Sequence record: OP310984.1 | Strand: one strand, 5' to 3' | DNA length: 64,000 bases | Shown here: positions 8,815-18,186 of the stretch, piece by piece | Layout of the letters: the number at the start of each line of letters is the position of its first letter | Numbering within the stretch: position 1 is the stretch's first letter | Notes under the pieces: model-generated | What the model was told of the DNA's origin: nothing | Seen by the model: only the letters and a program-made list of their open reading frames with translations | The model's database searches: none | Made by a program: the position numbers and the translations under genes

Positions 8815-9282
8815 TTATAGGAAGATATCTTCTACTGAGGGCACTATATTCTTTTCTTTTACAAGTTCAGTAGATTTGGTATAATGTGCATTAAATAGTT
8901 TCTTTAAATCTGCTTTTTCATATTTTACAGTATCTGCTAATTTCCAAATAGTAAGACCTAGATGAATACTAACTGAATTAACATGTTTTACGCATAGATC
9001 AATTAATTTGTTAAACTCTTCTAATTCATTTTTAATCAACGTTGCATCTAAAGCTTGGTGCAAACGATTAGATAATTTAACTTTATCTTTGTCAATTGTA
9101 AAGTTATTTTCAATATCCTTAGCACTCATCGGTGGTTCAACTTTATACCACACATTGGTTAGTTTACCGTCCACACGCGTCGTGATGGGATGTTTATAAT
9201 CAGTCCAACTTCTATGTAGATTATGTTTATCATCAAGAACATCTACAGTAACTTTCTCATTACCTGTAAAGAATGGATACAT
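8815..9282 (-). CDS. hypothetical protein
   Basis: 155-aa ORF. Confidence 0.8.
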   Translation of the reverse strand: MYPFFTGNEKVTVDVLDDKHNLHRSWTDYKHPITTRVDGKLTNVWYKVEPPMSAKDIENNFTIDKDKVKLSNRLHQALDATLIKNELEEFNKLIDLCVKHVNSVSIHLGLTIWKLADTVKYEKADLKKLFNAHYTKSTELVKEKNIVPSVEDIFL

Positions 9283-9455
9283 TAGGTTGCCTTTATTTTA
9301 TCAATGAGTAATTTTAATAGTTCATCATTAGTTAAATTGTCTTTATTTTTAATAATGTCTTTTAGTTTAAACATATTGAAAGTATACCACAACCACTTAT
9401 GAATTATATAACAAATCACTATAACTAATAATAGTAGTGAATGTAATGCTAGCAT
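9282..9455 (-). CDS. small membrane protein (57 aa, MLALHSLLLLVIVICYIIHKWLW...)
   Basis: Manual translation; AGGT RBS; stop overlaps the next ATG. Confidence 0.65.
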   Translation of the reverse strand: MLALHSLLLLVIVICYIIHKWLWYTFNMFKLKDIIKNKDNLTNDELLKLLIDKIKAT

Positions 9456-9491
9456 TATAACTACCTATTTTGATATGACTTGACCAAATAT

Positions 9492-9520
9492 GTAATATAG
9501 ATTTCAAAAAAAATTTAATG
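9492..9520 (-). promoter_or_regulatory. early promoter
   Basis: TATATTAC on minus strand (9492-9499) with upstream T-tract. Confidence 0.75.
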
Positions 9521-9526
9521 CAATAA

Positions 9527-9548
9527 AGGAGAGCTAAATAGCTCTCCT
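9527..9548 (-). terminator. intrinsic terminator
   Basis: 9-bp stem aggagagct/agctctcct followed by tttatt. Confidence 0.75.
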
Positions 9549-9556
9549 ATTTATGC

Positions 9557-9847
9557 TTATTTATTTTTCTTTCTTGACTTATCTTTAATAACTAAGTCTA
9601 ATGCTTCAAACATTTTAACAGCAGTTAAATGGTCGATAGAGTATGCCTTTTTACGTAAACGTCCAATAGCTACTGTATACTGGTATTCAGATAAACCATC
9701 ACTCATATTGTCAATAATTGATAGTGCTTCTTTATAAAGCCTGTTACACTTTATCGTGTGTTTGATGGCATAATAACCCCAGTTAATTAAAGCCATCATT
9801 ATAATCAGAAACAAAATACCTATAATTACTGTCATGATATCATTCAT
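9557..9847 (-). CDS. membrane-anchored hypothetical protein
   Basis: N-terminal TM (VIIGILFLIIMMALINWGY). Confidence 0.75.
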   Translation of the reverse strand: MNDIMTVIIGILFLIIMMALINWGYYAIKHTIKCNRLYKEALSIIDNMSDGLSEYQYTVAIGRLRKKAYSIDHLTAVKMFEALDLVIKDKSRKKNK

Positions 9848-10157
9848 TTGCTGTTTCCCTATTATTACATTTTAATATAATCAATGAGTTGATATCGTAA
9901 ATAAAAGATGTAAAAATATGTTGATTTGTTATTTTAGATGATTCTTTATCTATAATGTCTTGGACAGCATTTTGATAGAAAAAATAACTTATGCCATTGG
10001 GCATTTTATCTAATACATATCTAACCTTATAAACACCCATCCAGTGAATATAATGATTTTTTATATTAATAATGAAAGTTACACATGTTGATATAGCCGT
10101 TAGTGTTATCATTGATATAACAAATACTTTATACATTTGCAACCCACAGATTCTCAT
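9840..10157 (-). CDS. membrane-anchored hypothetical protein
   Basis: N-terminal TM segment. Confidence 0.7.
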   Translation of the reverse strand: MRICGLQMYKVFVISMITLTAISTCVTFIINIKNHYIHWMGVYKVRYVLDKMPNGISYFFYQNAVQDIIDKESSKITNQHIFTSFIYDINSLIILKCNNRETANE

Positions 10158-10170
10158 CTAGATGAAATAA

Positions 10171-10190
10171 ACCAGCCCCGAAGGGCTGGT
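10171..10190 (-). terminator. UUCG-loop hairpin terminator
   Basis: accagccc-TTCG-gggctggt-ttattt on minus strand. Confidence 0.8.
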
Positions 10191-10192
10191 AT

Positions 10193-10561
10193 TTATTTTA
10201 CAACCACAGCTTTACCGTAGTTGTTATCCATACAGGTTTTAAATGATGTAACGTATGCATCACGTGGGCTTTGTCTACGTGAATACACAACGTGCACCTC
10301 TTTAATTGCTGCTGGGAGAACATTGTAAAGAACGTTATCTTTGTTCTTCACGCCGTACCCTTTTAGGGATCGTAGGTTTTCTTCCCATTGTAAAATGGGT
10401 GTTTTACGCTGACGTGCTTCTGCTGTGGCATGTGCTATAAGTGCAACACCATTACAGTAATTCTCGTCAACTACCAACGATGCAGCTAGTGGGTTTGATA
10501 CGTATAACAACGTACTTAATACGGCCACTAACTTCATTACGTGTGTTAAACATTGCATCAC
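10193..10561 (-). CDS. putative exported/periplasmic protein
   Basis: Signal-peptide-like N-terminus (KLVAVLSTLLYVSNPLAA), Cys pair in mature part. Confidence 0.75.
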   Translation of the reverse strand: MMQCLTHVMKLVAVLSTLLYVSNPLAASLVVDENYCNGVALIAHATAEARQRKTPILQWEENLRSLKGYGVKNKDNVLYNVLPAAIKEVHVVYSRRQSPRDAYVTSFKTCMDNNYGKAVVVK

Positions 10562-10614
10562 GTTGTACCTAGGTTGCTAAGATCAGAATATAAAGCTACT
10601 AAAATAGCCTTAAA

Positions 10615-11214
10615 TCATTCTACAACCTTAACGTTACCATCTTCAATAACTAGATCTTTACCTACAACATCGGCAAGATCTAACTTATCTTTTACTTCCA
10701 GTTTCTTGATACTGTGTACAAAACGGAATACAGATAGACGAAGAATTAGTTCTTCTGGTACATCAACAACATCAATAAAGTATTCTGATGGGTTGATATC
10801 ACAATTGACATATTCCCAACTTTGTCTTAGTTCAGTTTCATTCTCAGTTACTTGTGCATCAAGAACTTCTTCAAAGTTAATATTGGCAATATTAGTATCA
10901 TTATCATTCAGATAAGTAAATTGAAGACTAGCATTATTAATGAATTCTTCTTCAACTACAGTTAGTGCACGTTGAGCGTGAATGGGTAGATGATATCGAA
11001 TACACCCATTAATAATAACCTCATTTGCCTTTTCAATATAACGTTCTTCTTTGAATTTTACATTAGATACGACGTAATCTAGGATTGCCTTGTAATATTC
11101 TTTATGATCTGGGTGGCTCTTTTCAATCCACTGTCGGCTACTTACGCTAATTTTTTTCTCGGCTAGAAAATCTCGGAATTTAGCACGATCGATATAAGCG
11201 GTACGTTTTTTCAT
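10615..11214 (-). CDS. hypothetical protein
   Basis: 199-aa ORF; AGGA RBS. Confidence 0.8.
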   Translation of the reverse strand: MKKRTAYIDRAKFRDFLAEKKISVSSRQWIEKSHPDHKEYYKAILDYVVSNVKFKEERYIEKANEVIINGCIRYHLPIHAQRALTVVEEEFINNASLQFTYLNDNDTNIANINFEEVLDAQVTENETELRQSWEYVNCDINPSEYFIDVVDVPEELILRLSVFRFVHSIKKLEVKDKLDLADVVGKDLVIEDGNVKVVE

Positions 11215-11226
11215 CAGTAGTTCCTA

Positions 11227-11742
11227 TTATTTAACATTTCTAGGTGTTAGTTCGATATGTGAACAGATCACATAAGATGCACATGCCAGTACATCTAAAC
11301 CATAATACTCATCATAATGGAAATATCCTCTGAGATTACCTTGTTTAGTAAAGGTGTATTCATCAGCTAAATCTAACTCGTTACTTGTCTCTAGCACATT
11401 GATTAATTTATCATATTCAACTTTTAGTGCTATATCAGTACAGATTATTTGCTTGATATATTTATCAGAGTTTGGATCATTTTTATAATCTAAAGTATCA
11501 GTTAATACAGTGGTTAATGCTAGAATAACATAGTCATGGTAACTTTCCGGTTGTTTAATCTCACCTTCAGGTATTTCAATCCATTCCCAACCATGTCGTA
11601 ATATATTTAGCATTACATGCCACTTACTGGTTTCATTACTAACCACAGCTATTGGTGAATCATTATAAGGTTTATACAAACCTGTTGTTTTTAAAAGATC
11701 TTTTTTAATAGCAGCTATATATAACGGGCGGTTTTCTGACAT
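11227..11742 (-). CDS. hypothetical protein
   Basis: 171-aa ORF. Confidence 0.8.
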   Translation of the reverse strand: MSENRPLYIAAIKKDLLKTTGLYKPYNDSPIAVVSNETSKWHVMLNILRHGWEWIEIPEGEIKQPESYHDYVILALTTVLTDTLDYKNDPNSDKYIKQIICTDIALKVEYDKLINVLETSNELDLADEYTFTKQGNLRGYFHYDEYYGLDVLACASYVICSHIELTPRNVK

Positions 11743-11751
11743 TTTTATAAC

Positions 11752-12081
11752 TCACATATATTTCAAATGTTTGCCAATTGGTCTGTTAGGGTTATACATA
11801 TAACCACGACCTGCTGCTGCCCTAATTACTAATTTCTGCATATCTGTTAATTTTCTATAATTATCACCAATTAATTTAAGTATAATACTTTCTATAGAAT
11901 CATTAGTTAATTCAGAAGGATCTGTTACTTTGAAATAATTATATACTAATTCTCTTTTAACTAGAAAATCAACTCTTCGTTTTTCTTTAATTCGTTTATA
12001 ACGTTGCGATACATGGATAAATGAAAATAAAACAACTATCCAGAATAAGGTCAAAAGTAGGTACTCATCAACTACATTCAT
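11752..12081 (-). CDS. membrane-anchored hypothetical protein
   Basis: N-terminal TM segment. Confidence 0.75.
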   Translation of the reverse strand: MNVVDEYLLLTLFWIVVLFSFIHVSQRYKRIKEKRRVDFLVKRELVYNYFKVTDPSELTNDSIESIILKLIGDNYRKLTDMQKLVIRAAAGRGYMYNPNRPIGKHLKYM

Positions 12082-12090
12082 TTTTAATCC

Positions 12091-12408
12091 CTATCTTTTT
12101 TTTTTCAAATTATCTTGTAACTCAACTAGTGTTCTGTTTAATAAACTAATTTGTTTCTGTTGTTCACATACAAGTTCACTTAACGTATTAATCTGTGCCT
12201 GTAGTTCTTTAGTATTAGTATCAATAACATCAAGAATATATTCTTTATTTTTCTTAGGCATTCTTTGCTTCCTCAACGTTAATTCACCAAACGGCAGAAA
12301 AGATGACTGGGCAGCCAACACTCTTTTAGAATGTCTTTTGCCCAGTCTTTTAAATGTCTTACGAAGTTTAATTGGTATAAGCATTAAATAATATCTCTTG
12401 ATGCCCAT
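12091..12408 (-). CDS. hypothetical basic coiled-coil protein
   Basis: 105-aa ORF; C-terminal heptad-like LQAQINTLSELVCEQQKQISLL. Confidence 0.7.
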   Translation of the reverse strand: MGIKRYYLMLIPIKLRKTFKRLGKRHSKRVLAAQSSFLPFGELTLRKQRMPKKNKEYILDVIDTNTKELQAQINTLSELVCEQQKQISLLNRTLVELQDNLKKKR

Positions 12409-12818
12409 GTACCATCTACAGAGTCATTTACAAATGGTGCACGGTCACCAGGTATTACTTGAGCCCATAAATCCACTTCAAGTAATATCCGACGACATGC
12501 ATAAAAAGGCTCTACTTCTACCCTGTATGAATTATCTTTAGGATCAATATACACAGTAGCAACTAGCTTAGGCTGGGCTCTTCGCCATTTATCCCATACT
12601 TTAAGAATTACTTCGCCTTCCATTCTGGCTATACGTGGAGTTATCTTTACCTCACTAATGATTAGCCCATCTGGACCTACCACTCGTTTAGGGGATAGCC
12701 ATTTATGATAACCAATATCATTAATCCCATTCTTTGAAAATACCGAGTCTTCAAGATATCCTCTCACACCAGGGTATAACGGAACCATTGTAAGCATATG
12801 ACACCTATAGTGATCCAT
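12384..12818 (-). CDS. hypothetical protein
   Basis: 144-aa ORF, overlaps neighbours. Confidence 0.75.
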   Translation of the reverse strand: MDHYRCHMLTMVPLYPGVRGYLEDSVFSKNGINDIGYHKWLSPKRVVGPDGLIISEVKITPRIARMEGEVILKVWDKWRRAQPKLVATVYIDPKDNSYRVEVEPFYACRRILLEVDLWAQVIPGDRAPFVNDSVDGTWASRDII

Positions 12819-13203
12819 TGGATGCCCATAAAACTGAATAAGGATTTTGAGTTAATTGGAATCTAATTGCAAAGTTTTCGATTTCCCAAAAACGATCAGT
12901 CTTATTCCACTCTAATTCCTTTTTCGCCAGATCAACATTAATTGTTGATATAATACGATTACGCTCTTCTTCAAATACAGTAAACCTGACGATTGCTGGA
13001 AATAAGCAATCTCTTTCTTTATAAAAGTTTAGAGTATTCTTATCGATATAACCTGGTCCTGGAATAATTTCAAGGATATTAAAATCAGTCCATCCTAAGT
13101 CTGGTATACCTAGATCAGGTAAATGTTTTAAAACCCCATTGCGTATAAAGGGTTTTCCATATTCTAGTGTGACCTCATGAAAAGAAGAACCATAGATTTT
13201 CAT
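12805..13203 (-). CDS. hypothetical protein
   Basis: 132-aa ORF. Confidence 0.75.
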   Translation of the reverse strand: MKIYGSSFHEVTLEYGKPFIRNGVLKHLPDLGIPDLGWTDFNILEIIPGPGYIDKNTLNFYKERDCLFPAIVRFTVFEEERNRIISTINVDLAKKELEWNKTDRFWEIENFAIRFQLTQNPYSVLWASNGSL

Positions 13204-13363
13204 ACAACCACCGTGCGTTTTAATTCATAGGGTTAGTATGTTTAGTACCGTTTGAATTTTATTTCATTACAGATGATCGCTTTGTTATATTTGGTGTTTG
13301 AATATTTTAGACTAGTTTCAATAAATGCTTTCTTTTTCATATATACACTTACGCAAAATAAAT

Positions 13364-13386
13364 AGGGACTCTCATTAAGAGTCCCT
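13364..13386 (-). terminator. intrinsic terminator
   Basis: 9-bp stem agggactct/agagtccct followed by T-rich tract on minus strand. Confidence 0.75.
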
Positions 13387-13391
13387 TAATA

Positions 13392-13724
13392 TTAAACGAA
13401 TAATAACTCCAGTACTAATACTGGAAATTTATGCCGATATTGTGGATGTACATACGTATGAAATTTATGTGTGCCTAAATGGAATTCAACGTACAGTACA
13501 ATAAAATCTTTAGCTACATTTCGATCATGTACGTAAATAGTGAGTATTTCACCATCATCATCTTTCTTACGTCCATAATCAAAATAGTAATTTTTGTTAT
13601 CAGCTATCCCTTCAGCATTTAATTGAATGCCCCTTACATCAACAACATTTAAACTAGAATCTTCATTAAATAAAGATCTAGTGCTACCATGGTAAACCAT
13701 TAATGGATCTAATTGAATCTGCAT
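13392..13724 (-). CDS. hypothetical protein
   Basis: 110-aa ORF; GAGGA RBS. Confidence 0.8.
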   Translation of the reverse strand: MQIQLDPLMVYHGSTRSLFNEDSSLNVVDVRGIQLNAEGIADNKNYYFDYGRKKDDDGEILTIYVHDRNVAKDFIVLYVEFHLGTHKFHTYVHPQYRHKFPVLVLELLFV

Positions 13725-13792
13725 GTGTTAGTCCTCTACTATGTAGTGAGGCACATGCCTCACTTATATTGTTTTAATTTTCATATTAATGA

Positions 13793-14140
13793 TCAATTAA
13801 AGTTAACAGTGCTATAAGCTTTACCTAATGCTGTAAATAGTTCTTCATTAAGTTCATCAAATTCTAACCAACCATTCATTTCACCTAAGATAGTTTTAAC
13901 AATCGTAAGATTAACAATCTCAGAGCTAGGAATGATATCTCGAATTCTCTCATGGAAATTAACTACTTGCTGAATACTTACTTTAGTATCATTGACTGAG
14001 ATATCATCATCAGTTAACTTATTAATAGCCATCATTGCTATACGTGAGAATAGATCAGTATGTTCTTCCTTAACAATTTCCCATGCTGCATTAAAGGAGT
14101 CAAGAACATCTAGATCATCAGAATTTAGTTGCTTTTGCAT
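13793..14140 (-). CDS. hypothetical acidic helical protein
   Basis: 115-aa ORF; GAGG RBS. Confidence 0.8.
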   Translation of the reverse strand: MQKQLNSDDLDVLDSFNAAWEIVKEEHTDLFSRIAMMAINKLTDDDISVNDTKVSIQQVVNFHERIRDIIPSSEIVNLTIVKTILGEMNGWLEFDELNEELFTALGKAYSTVNFN

Positions 14141-14242
14141 TTTAACCTCTTAAACATTATAACACATATACCCCACAACATAAGTCATGGAGTATATGCC
14201 TCGAAAGGTACGTAATAGAAATACTACCACATAGTATTGTAT

Positions 14243-14713
14243 TTACTCATTAATAACAGATACTTTGTTATTCTCAGCTTTATTTTTAGCCGATAGGGCT
14301 AAATAGAGACAACTATACCAAGTGAAGTAGTCTCTTGGGAAATAACCCTTTAAAAAAGTAGCCATATTTTTAGCACACGCTTTATTAATATTCTTATTAA
14401 TGATTTTCCTCTCATTCATTATTTTACAAGCTAACAATGAATAATGTAGTTGATTATTAGTACTTAGGTCTTCAAGGAATAGTTCTTTCACTGTTTGTGG
14501 CTTAGAACTTAGACACATTATAATTTCTTGAACAATATAGTCATTCGTCACTGAATGAATGAGTTCAAGATAGAGTGAAAGATTAATCGAATACAGATCT
14601 TGTTTATTATTGAAAATGTATCCATTTCTATCTAATGTAACTAATTTCTTATATGTGGGAGACATCTTTTCATTAACTATTTTATAAAAAAGACTAATCA
14701 CTAATTTAATCAT
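14243..14713 (-). CDS. hypothetical protein
   Basis: 156-aa ORF; 4-bp overlap with upstream gene. Confidence 0.75.
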   Translation of the reverse strand: MIKLVISLFYKIVNEKMSPTYKKLVTLDRNGYIFNNKQDLYSINLSLYLELIHSVTNDYIVQEIIMCLSSKPQTVKELFLEDLSTNNQLHYSLLACKIMNERKIINKNINKACAKNMATFLKGYFPRDYFTWYSCLYLALSAKNKAENNKVSVINE

Positions 14714-15843
14714 TTTAATAAACTTCCATCTACTCTATAAAAACCATGGACATCACGTTTACCATTTAGACTAGGTATCTCATATGGATCAGTTGATGGA
14801 TTTATCAGTTTGATTTTGCATTTATCTAAACGATCACGCAAGCTGATATTACCAGATAATGTTAAACCACGATACTGAATATCGATATTATCTAAATCAA
14901 CAATGAGCGTACTAAGCTCCCCATTTGTTAAGTATGGTACCACAACCGAGTCAATTACTTTTGCAATTGTCTTAGCTTCAATATGTATCCAGTTTCCAAT
15001 ATGATTAGCAATCTCTGGAAACTTATCTAGATCTAATATGATACTATAGTCACACCTAATTTTGATAATTCCATTACTTGACCAATAATGCATTGCACTA
15101 TTTATACCACCTAAATGATTCTCCATAGGTGTGAACTTTAGCCGTCCATTGAAATCTATAAGCACTTTTGAGTTATTACATGTATCAACTATTCTTGACT
15201 GATACATAAACATATTAAGTAGTTTTCTATTGATGGCCACAGTTGTACCATTAGTTAGTTCAACTACGACGATATCACCATCTGCTTCATAAGACTCTAC
15301 AATTAGAGTTATTGGGTTACTATCAAATTTGGAATTATTAGATAACCCACCCATCACAATCTTGTAATTACTATCAACTGATTTAACTTGATCTATTAAA
15401 GATGGATCAATGAAATCCTTAGTGAGTGGTTTTGATGTGAAAATTACAGCCACATTTAGATCACTATTGATTGGTGTATTTACAGGTATGTATTGTTCAT
15501 TAGAGAAATAGAATAATTTAAGATCTTCTATATCAGTTAGATTAATAATATCTAATGAATTATTAGTTACTTTATACATGAATGAATCAAAATTTTGTTC
15601 AACAAAATAAATCATCCATGTCTTAGTTTCTTTGGTATAATAACCCCATACTAAACTTCGATCATGTAATTTCCCAGATAGCATTCCTGTGAAATAACCT
15701 GACAGAATATCAATTTGATCAACATCTACATTTTCTCTGATATACCTATCAGTTAGATCGGCTATCTTTTGTTCTAATGTATCTACCTTTTTTAGTTTGT
15801 TAAAAATATCAATAACATTTTTTAAGTACTTAAACATAATCAT
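14710..15843 (-). CDS. hypothetical protein
   Basis: 377-aa ORF; AAGGT RBS. Confidence 0.85.
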   Translation of the reverse strand: MIMFKYLKNVIDIFNKLKKVDTLEQKIADLTDRYIRENVDVDQIDILSGYFTGMLSGKLHDRSLVWGYYTKETKTWMIYFVEQNFDSFMYKVTNNSLDIINLTDIEDLKLFYFSNEQYIPVNTPINSDLNVAVIFTSKPLTKDFIDPSLIDQVKSVDSNYKIVMGGLSNNSKFDSNPITLIVESYEADGDIVVVELTNGTTVAINRKLLNMFMYQSRIVDTCNNSKVLIDFNGRLKFTPMENHLGGINSAMHYWSSNGIIKIRCDYSIILDLDKFPEIANHIGNWIHIEAKTIAKVIDSVVVPYLTNGELSTLIVDLDNIDIQYRGLTLSGNISLRDRLDKCKIKLINPSTDPYEIPSLNGKRDVHGFYRVDGSLLK

Positions 15844-15874
15844 AAATTACCTTTTGAGTATAAACACGGAATAA

Positions 15875-15894
15875 AAGCGGTGTACACACCGCTT
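15875..15894 (-). terminator. intrinsic terminator
   Basis: aagcggtgt/acaccgctt stem followed by tttatt. Confidence 0.65.
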
Positions 15895-16192
15895 ATTGTT
15901 CAAATTTGATTTTGATATATCCACCACCAACATTAGGCTGCTTAGGTCTTAGCCATCCTAGATTAAGATCCATATTCAAAACAAACGTATATGCTGTTAC
16001 TCCATTTTCATCATCAACACTAATGGAGTGCCATCCATCATGATTTTGATCTTTAAGAGAATGGATTTTGGGATATAGTTGATTATGATTCAAATCAAAT
16101 ACTGTAACATCTCCAATTGATCTAATTGGATAACCGCGAGATCCTAAATGATGGGCTCCTCTGCGGTCCAGTGAAATAATAGCTTCGTTCAC
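15893..16192 (-). CDS. hypothetical early protein
   Basis: 99-aa ORF (GTG start, GAGGT RBS) downstream of the promoter cassette. Confidence 0.75.
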   Translation of the reverse strand: MNEAIISLDRRGAHHLGSRGYPIRSIGDVTVFDLNHNQLYPKIHSLKDQNHDGWHSISVDDENGVTAYTFVLNMDLNLGWLRPKQPNVGGGYIKIKFEQ

Positions 16193-16236
16193 GATAATTA
16201 CCTCATGTAGATGTTTCCATTAGTATATGCTAATCT

Positions 16237-16262
16237 ATAATATAGATCTCAAATAAAATTTA
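16237..16262 (-). promoter_or_regulatory. early promoter variant (TATATTAT)
   Basis: Same cassette as 797-850 with one change in the core. Confidence 0.6.
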
Positions 16263-16290
16263 GTGCAATAGCCCTCCCCGAAGGGAGGGC
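16246..16290. repeat. 45-bp exact direct repeat, copy 2 (includes UUCG hairpin 16271-16290)
   Basis: Identical to 806-850. Confidence 0.95.
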
Positions 16291-16302
16291 TTTATGACAA
16301 CA

Positions 16303-16533
16303 TTACCGCTTACTCATTATCGCAGCTAGTTCAACTTTAAATAATGCTTCTTCGACTTTACGAGAAATAGCATTTATTTGAACACGTTTATTATTTTCAC
16401 GATCTAATGCAATTGTATTTTTTCGTGTACAATAATCGTGTAAACCCAGTTGTCGCCTAACATAGAAAATAACAATTAATTTCAAAACACGAATATATCT
16501 CATAACGCGCTTGAACATTTTATAAATCCTCAA
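16303..16533 (-). CDS. hypothetical basic protein
   Basis: 76-aa ORF. Confidence 0.65.
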   Translation of the reverse strand: MRIYKMFKRVMRYIRVLKLIVIFYVRRQLGLHDYCTRKNTIALDRENNKRVQINAISRKVEEALFKVELAAIMSKR

Positions 16534-16537
16534 TAAT

Positions 16538-16729
16538 TTAAGGAATTGCTTTTAAAGCTTCTTCGCGTTCAGCTAAAAGCTTATCATATTGTATTTGTAA
16601 TCGGTTAATTTCCGCACGAGTTAATTTTGTCTTAGCATTAGGTTTCAACTTATGGTTAATATCAACGGTAATACCATGGTACCTAAATAGAGCTTCCATT
16701 TTGGCTATTTTCTTTTCAATATCATCCAT
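16538..16729 (-). CDS. hypothetical protein (63 aa, MDDIEKK...)
   Basis: ORF track extends to 16822, but that part contains a terminator; start reassigned to 16729. Confidence 0.6.
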   Translation of the reverse strand: MDDIEKKIAKMEALFRYHGITVDINHKLKPNAKTKLTRAEINRLQIQYDKLLAEREEALKAIP

Positions 16730-16761
16730 AGCTAAAATCCAAAAAAAAATAATAATGACTA

Positions 16762-16781
16762 AGGGGACCAGAAGGTCCCCT
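16762..16781 (-). terminator. intrinsic terminator after the 16788..17264 gene
   Basis: aggggacc-ttct-ggtcccct then AT-rich tract including T9 on minus strand. Confidence 0.7.
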
Positions 16782-16787
16782 ATATCG

Positions 16788-17264
16788 TTAGGCAGTAATA
16801 GCGCGGCGGAAGACTGAATCAAACTCTTCCTGGTATGCTTTAATCAGCTTTGCAGTTTCTTCACAAATGGTATTATTACCATAAAATGCATCTGCAAAAG
16901 ATTCTTGCTTACGTACTTCACAACCGAATAGCTCAAGACCATTTTTTGCTAGCTCAACTTTGAACTTAGCTAATTCGGTCATACCAATTGGTTTGGCCCG
17001 CCCTTCTTCGATACCATTTTCTTTTAGTTTAATATTATCACATACACTGCAATGACGAACATCTTTTTGTTTGTTCTTACGGAAGTTAGGACTTGATTTA
17101 GTTTGTTTTGCAGCAATGTCCATAAAGGTTTCCCTAGAATTTTTACGAACCGCAGCTTCATGATTCTTTTTAGCTCGATTTTTCTGTTTCTTCTGAACCG
17201 GCTTCGGCTGTACACCCAGCATTGAACCAAGTTCACTCCAGGAAGAAATAGTATTGCGTGACAT
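16788..17264 (-). CDS. basic early protein with a Cys-x2-Cys
   Basis: 158-aa Lys/Arg-rich ORF; GGAG RBS; right after early promoter. Confidence 0.85.
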   Translation of the reverse strand: MSRNTISSWSELGSMLGVQPKPVQKKQKNRAKKNHEAAVRKNSRETFMDIAAKQTKSSPNFRKNKQKDVRHCSVCDNIKLKENGIEEGRAKPIGMTELAKFKVELAKNGLELFGCEVRKQESFADAFYGNNTICEETAKLIKAYQEEFDSVFRRAITA

Positions 17265-17291
17265 GTATTAGAATCTCCTATATATGTTGAT

Positions 17292-17332
17292 TATATCACA
17301 TTTGTGATATACTGTTTAAAATGCTTTGAATG
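17292..17332 (-). promoter_or_regulatory. early promoter variant (TATATCAC) inside an 8-bp inverted repeat
   Basis: tatatcac-attt-gtgatata, then ctgtttaaa as at 1229. Confidence 0.65.
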
Positions 17333-17354
17333 TATAAACCACTATGTTGGTCAA

Positions 17355-17591
17355 TCATAGATAGAATGGTTCATGAATAACAACCCGATAACGAGTGTTA
17401 TATTGGTTAATTGGAAACATATGAACAATCTTAAAATGCAGTTCAGCAACCAAATTAAAGAATTCAGCATGCATGTTATCAGTTGAAATATCAAATGAGA
17501 TTGTATCATTAACTGCACAAAGTTCTGAATCAGATGCCTTTGTAATTTCAGTTAGCCGACTGACAAACTTTTCTTGGTTAGGACTAAGCAT
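17355..17591 (-). CDS. hypothetical protein
   Basis: 78-aa ORF following dcd. Confidence 0.7.
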   Translation of the reverse strand: MLSPNQEKFVSRLTEITKASDSELCAVNDTISFDISTDNMHAEFFNLVAELHFKIVHMFPINQYNTRYRVVIHEPFYL

Positions 17592-17593
17592 TA

Positions 17594-18163
17594 TTAAAGT
17601 CTCGCTGTTGTGATACCAATTTGATTTTGATATTTACCATTACGTTTTGCATAACTAACTTCACATGGGGCATCACCTCTAAAGAACATAAACTGAGCAA
17701 TACCCATATCAGCATAAATTTTTAGAGGTAGTGTAGTGCAGTTTGCAATCTCAATAACGACTTGTCCTTTGAAACCTGGTTCAATAGGAGTGACATTAAC
17801 AATTGCACCTAGTCGTGCATAGGTTGATTTACCTGTGCAAATAGCTAGGACATCATCTGGAATATTAAACGATTCTACAGTATGACCAAGAATATAACTG
17901 TTAGGTGGAATAATACAATAATCACCAGTCCAATCTACTAAGAATCCATCACTAGGGTCTAATGGGTCAATAACTGCACTTGTTACATTAGAAAAGATCT
18001 TAAAATTACGGGCTAGCCTTACATCGTACCCATATGAACTAAGCCCATAACTAATAATCTTTTTACCATCTTTTTCACGGACCTGGTGACCAATGAAATC
18101 CGTAATCATTGGTTCACGACCTTTAGATAAGTCAGTGATTGTTTTATCAGATAGAATAGCCAT
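17594..18163 (-). CDS. dcd: dCTP deaminase
   Basis: ILSDKTI, ISYGLSSYGYDVR, GKSTYARLG, NVTPIEPGFKG, EIAN, YADMGIAQ, YQNQ. Confidence 0.96.
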   Translation of the reverse strand: MAILSDKTITDLSKGREPMITDFIGHQVREKDGKKIISYGLSSYGYDVRLARNFKIFSNVTSAVIDPLDPSDGFLVDWTGDYCIIPPNSYILGHTVESFNIPDDVLAICTGKSTYARLGAIVNVTPIEPGFKGQVVIEIANCTTLPLKIYADMGIAQFMFFRGDAPCEVSYAKRNGKYQNQIGITTARL

Positions 18164-18186
18164 TTTTAACTTTTCCTGTTAAGTAA

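Noticed and set aside
16730-16822. Hydrophobic N-terminus of the 94-aa ORF as a membrane anchor
   Set aside because: It coincides with the terminator hairpin and T-tract of the upstream gene; the start at 16729 is more plausible
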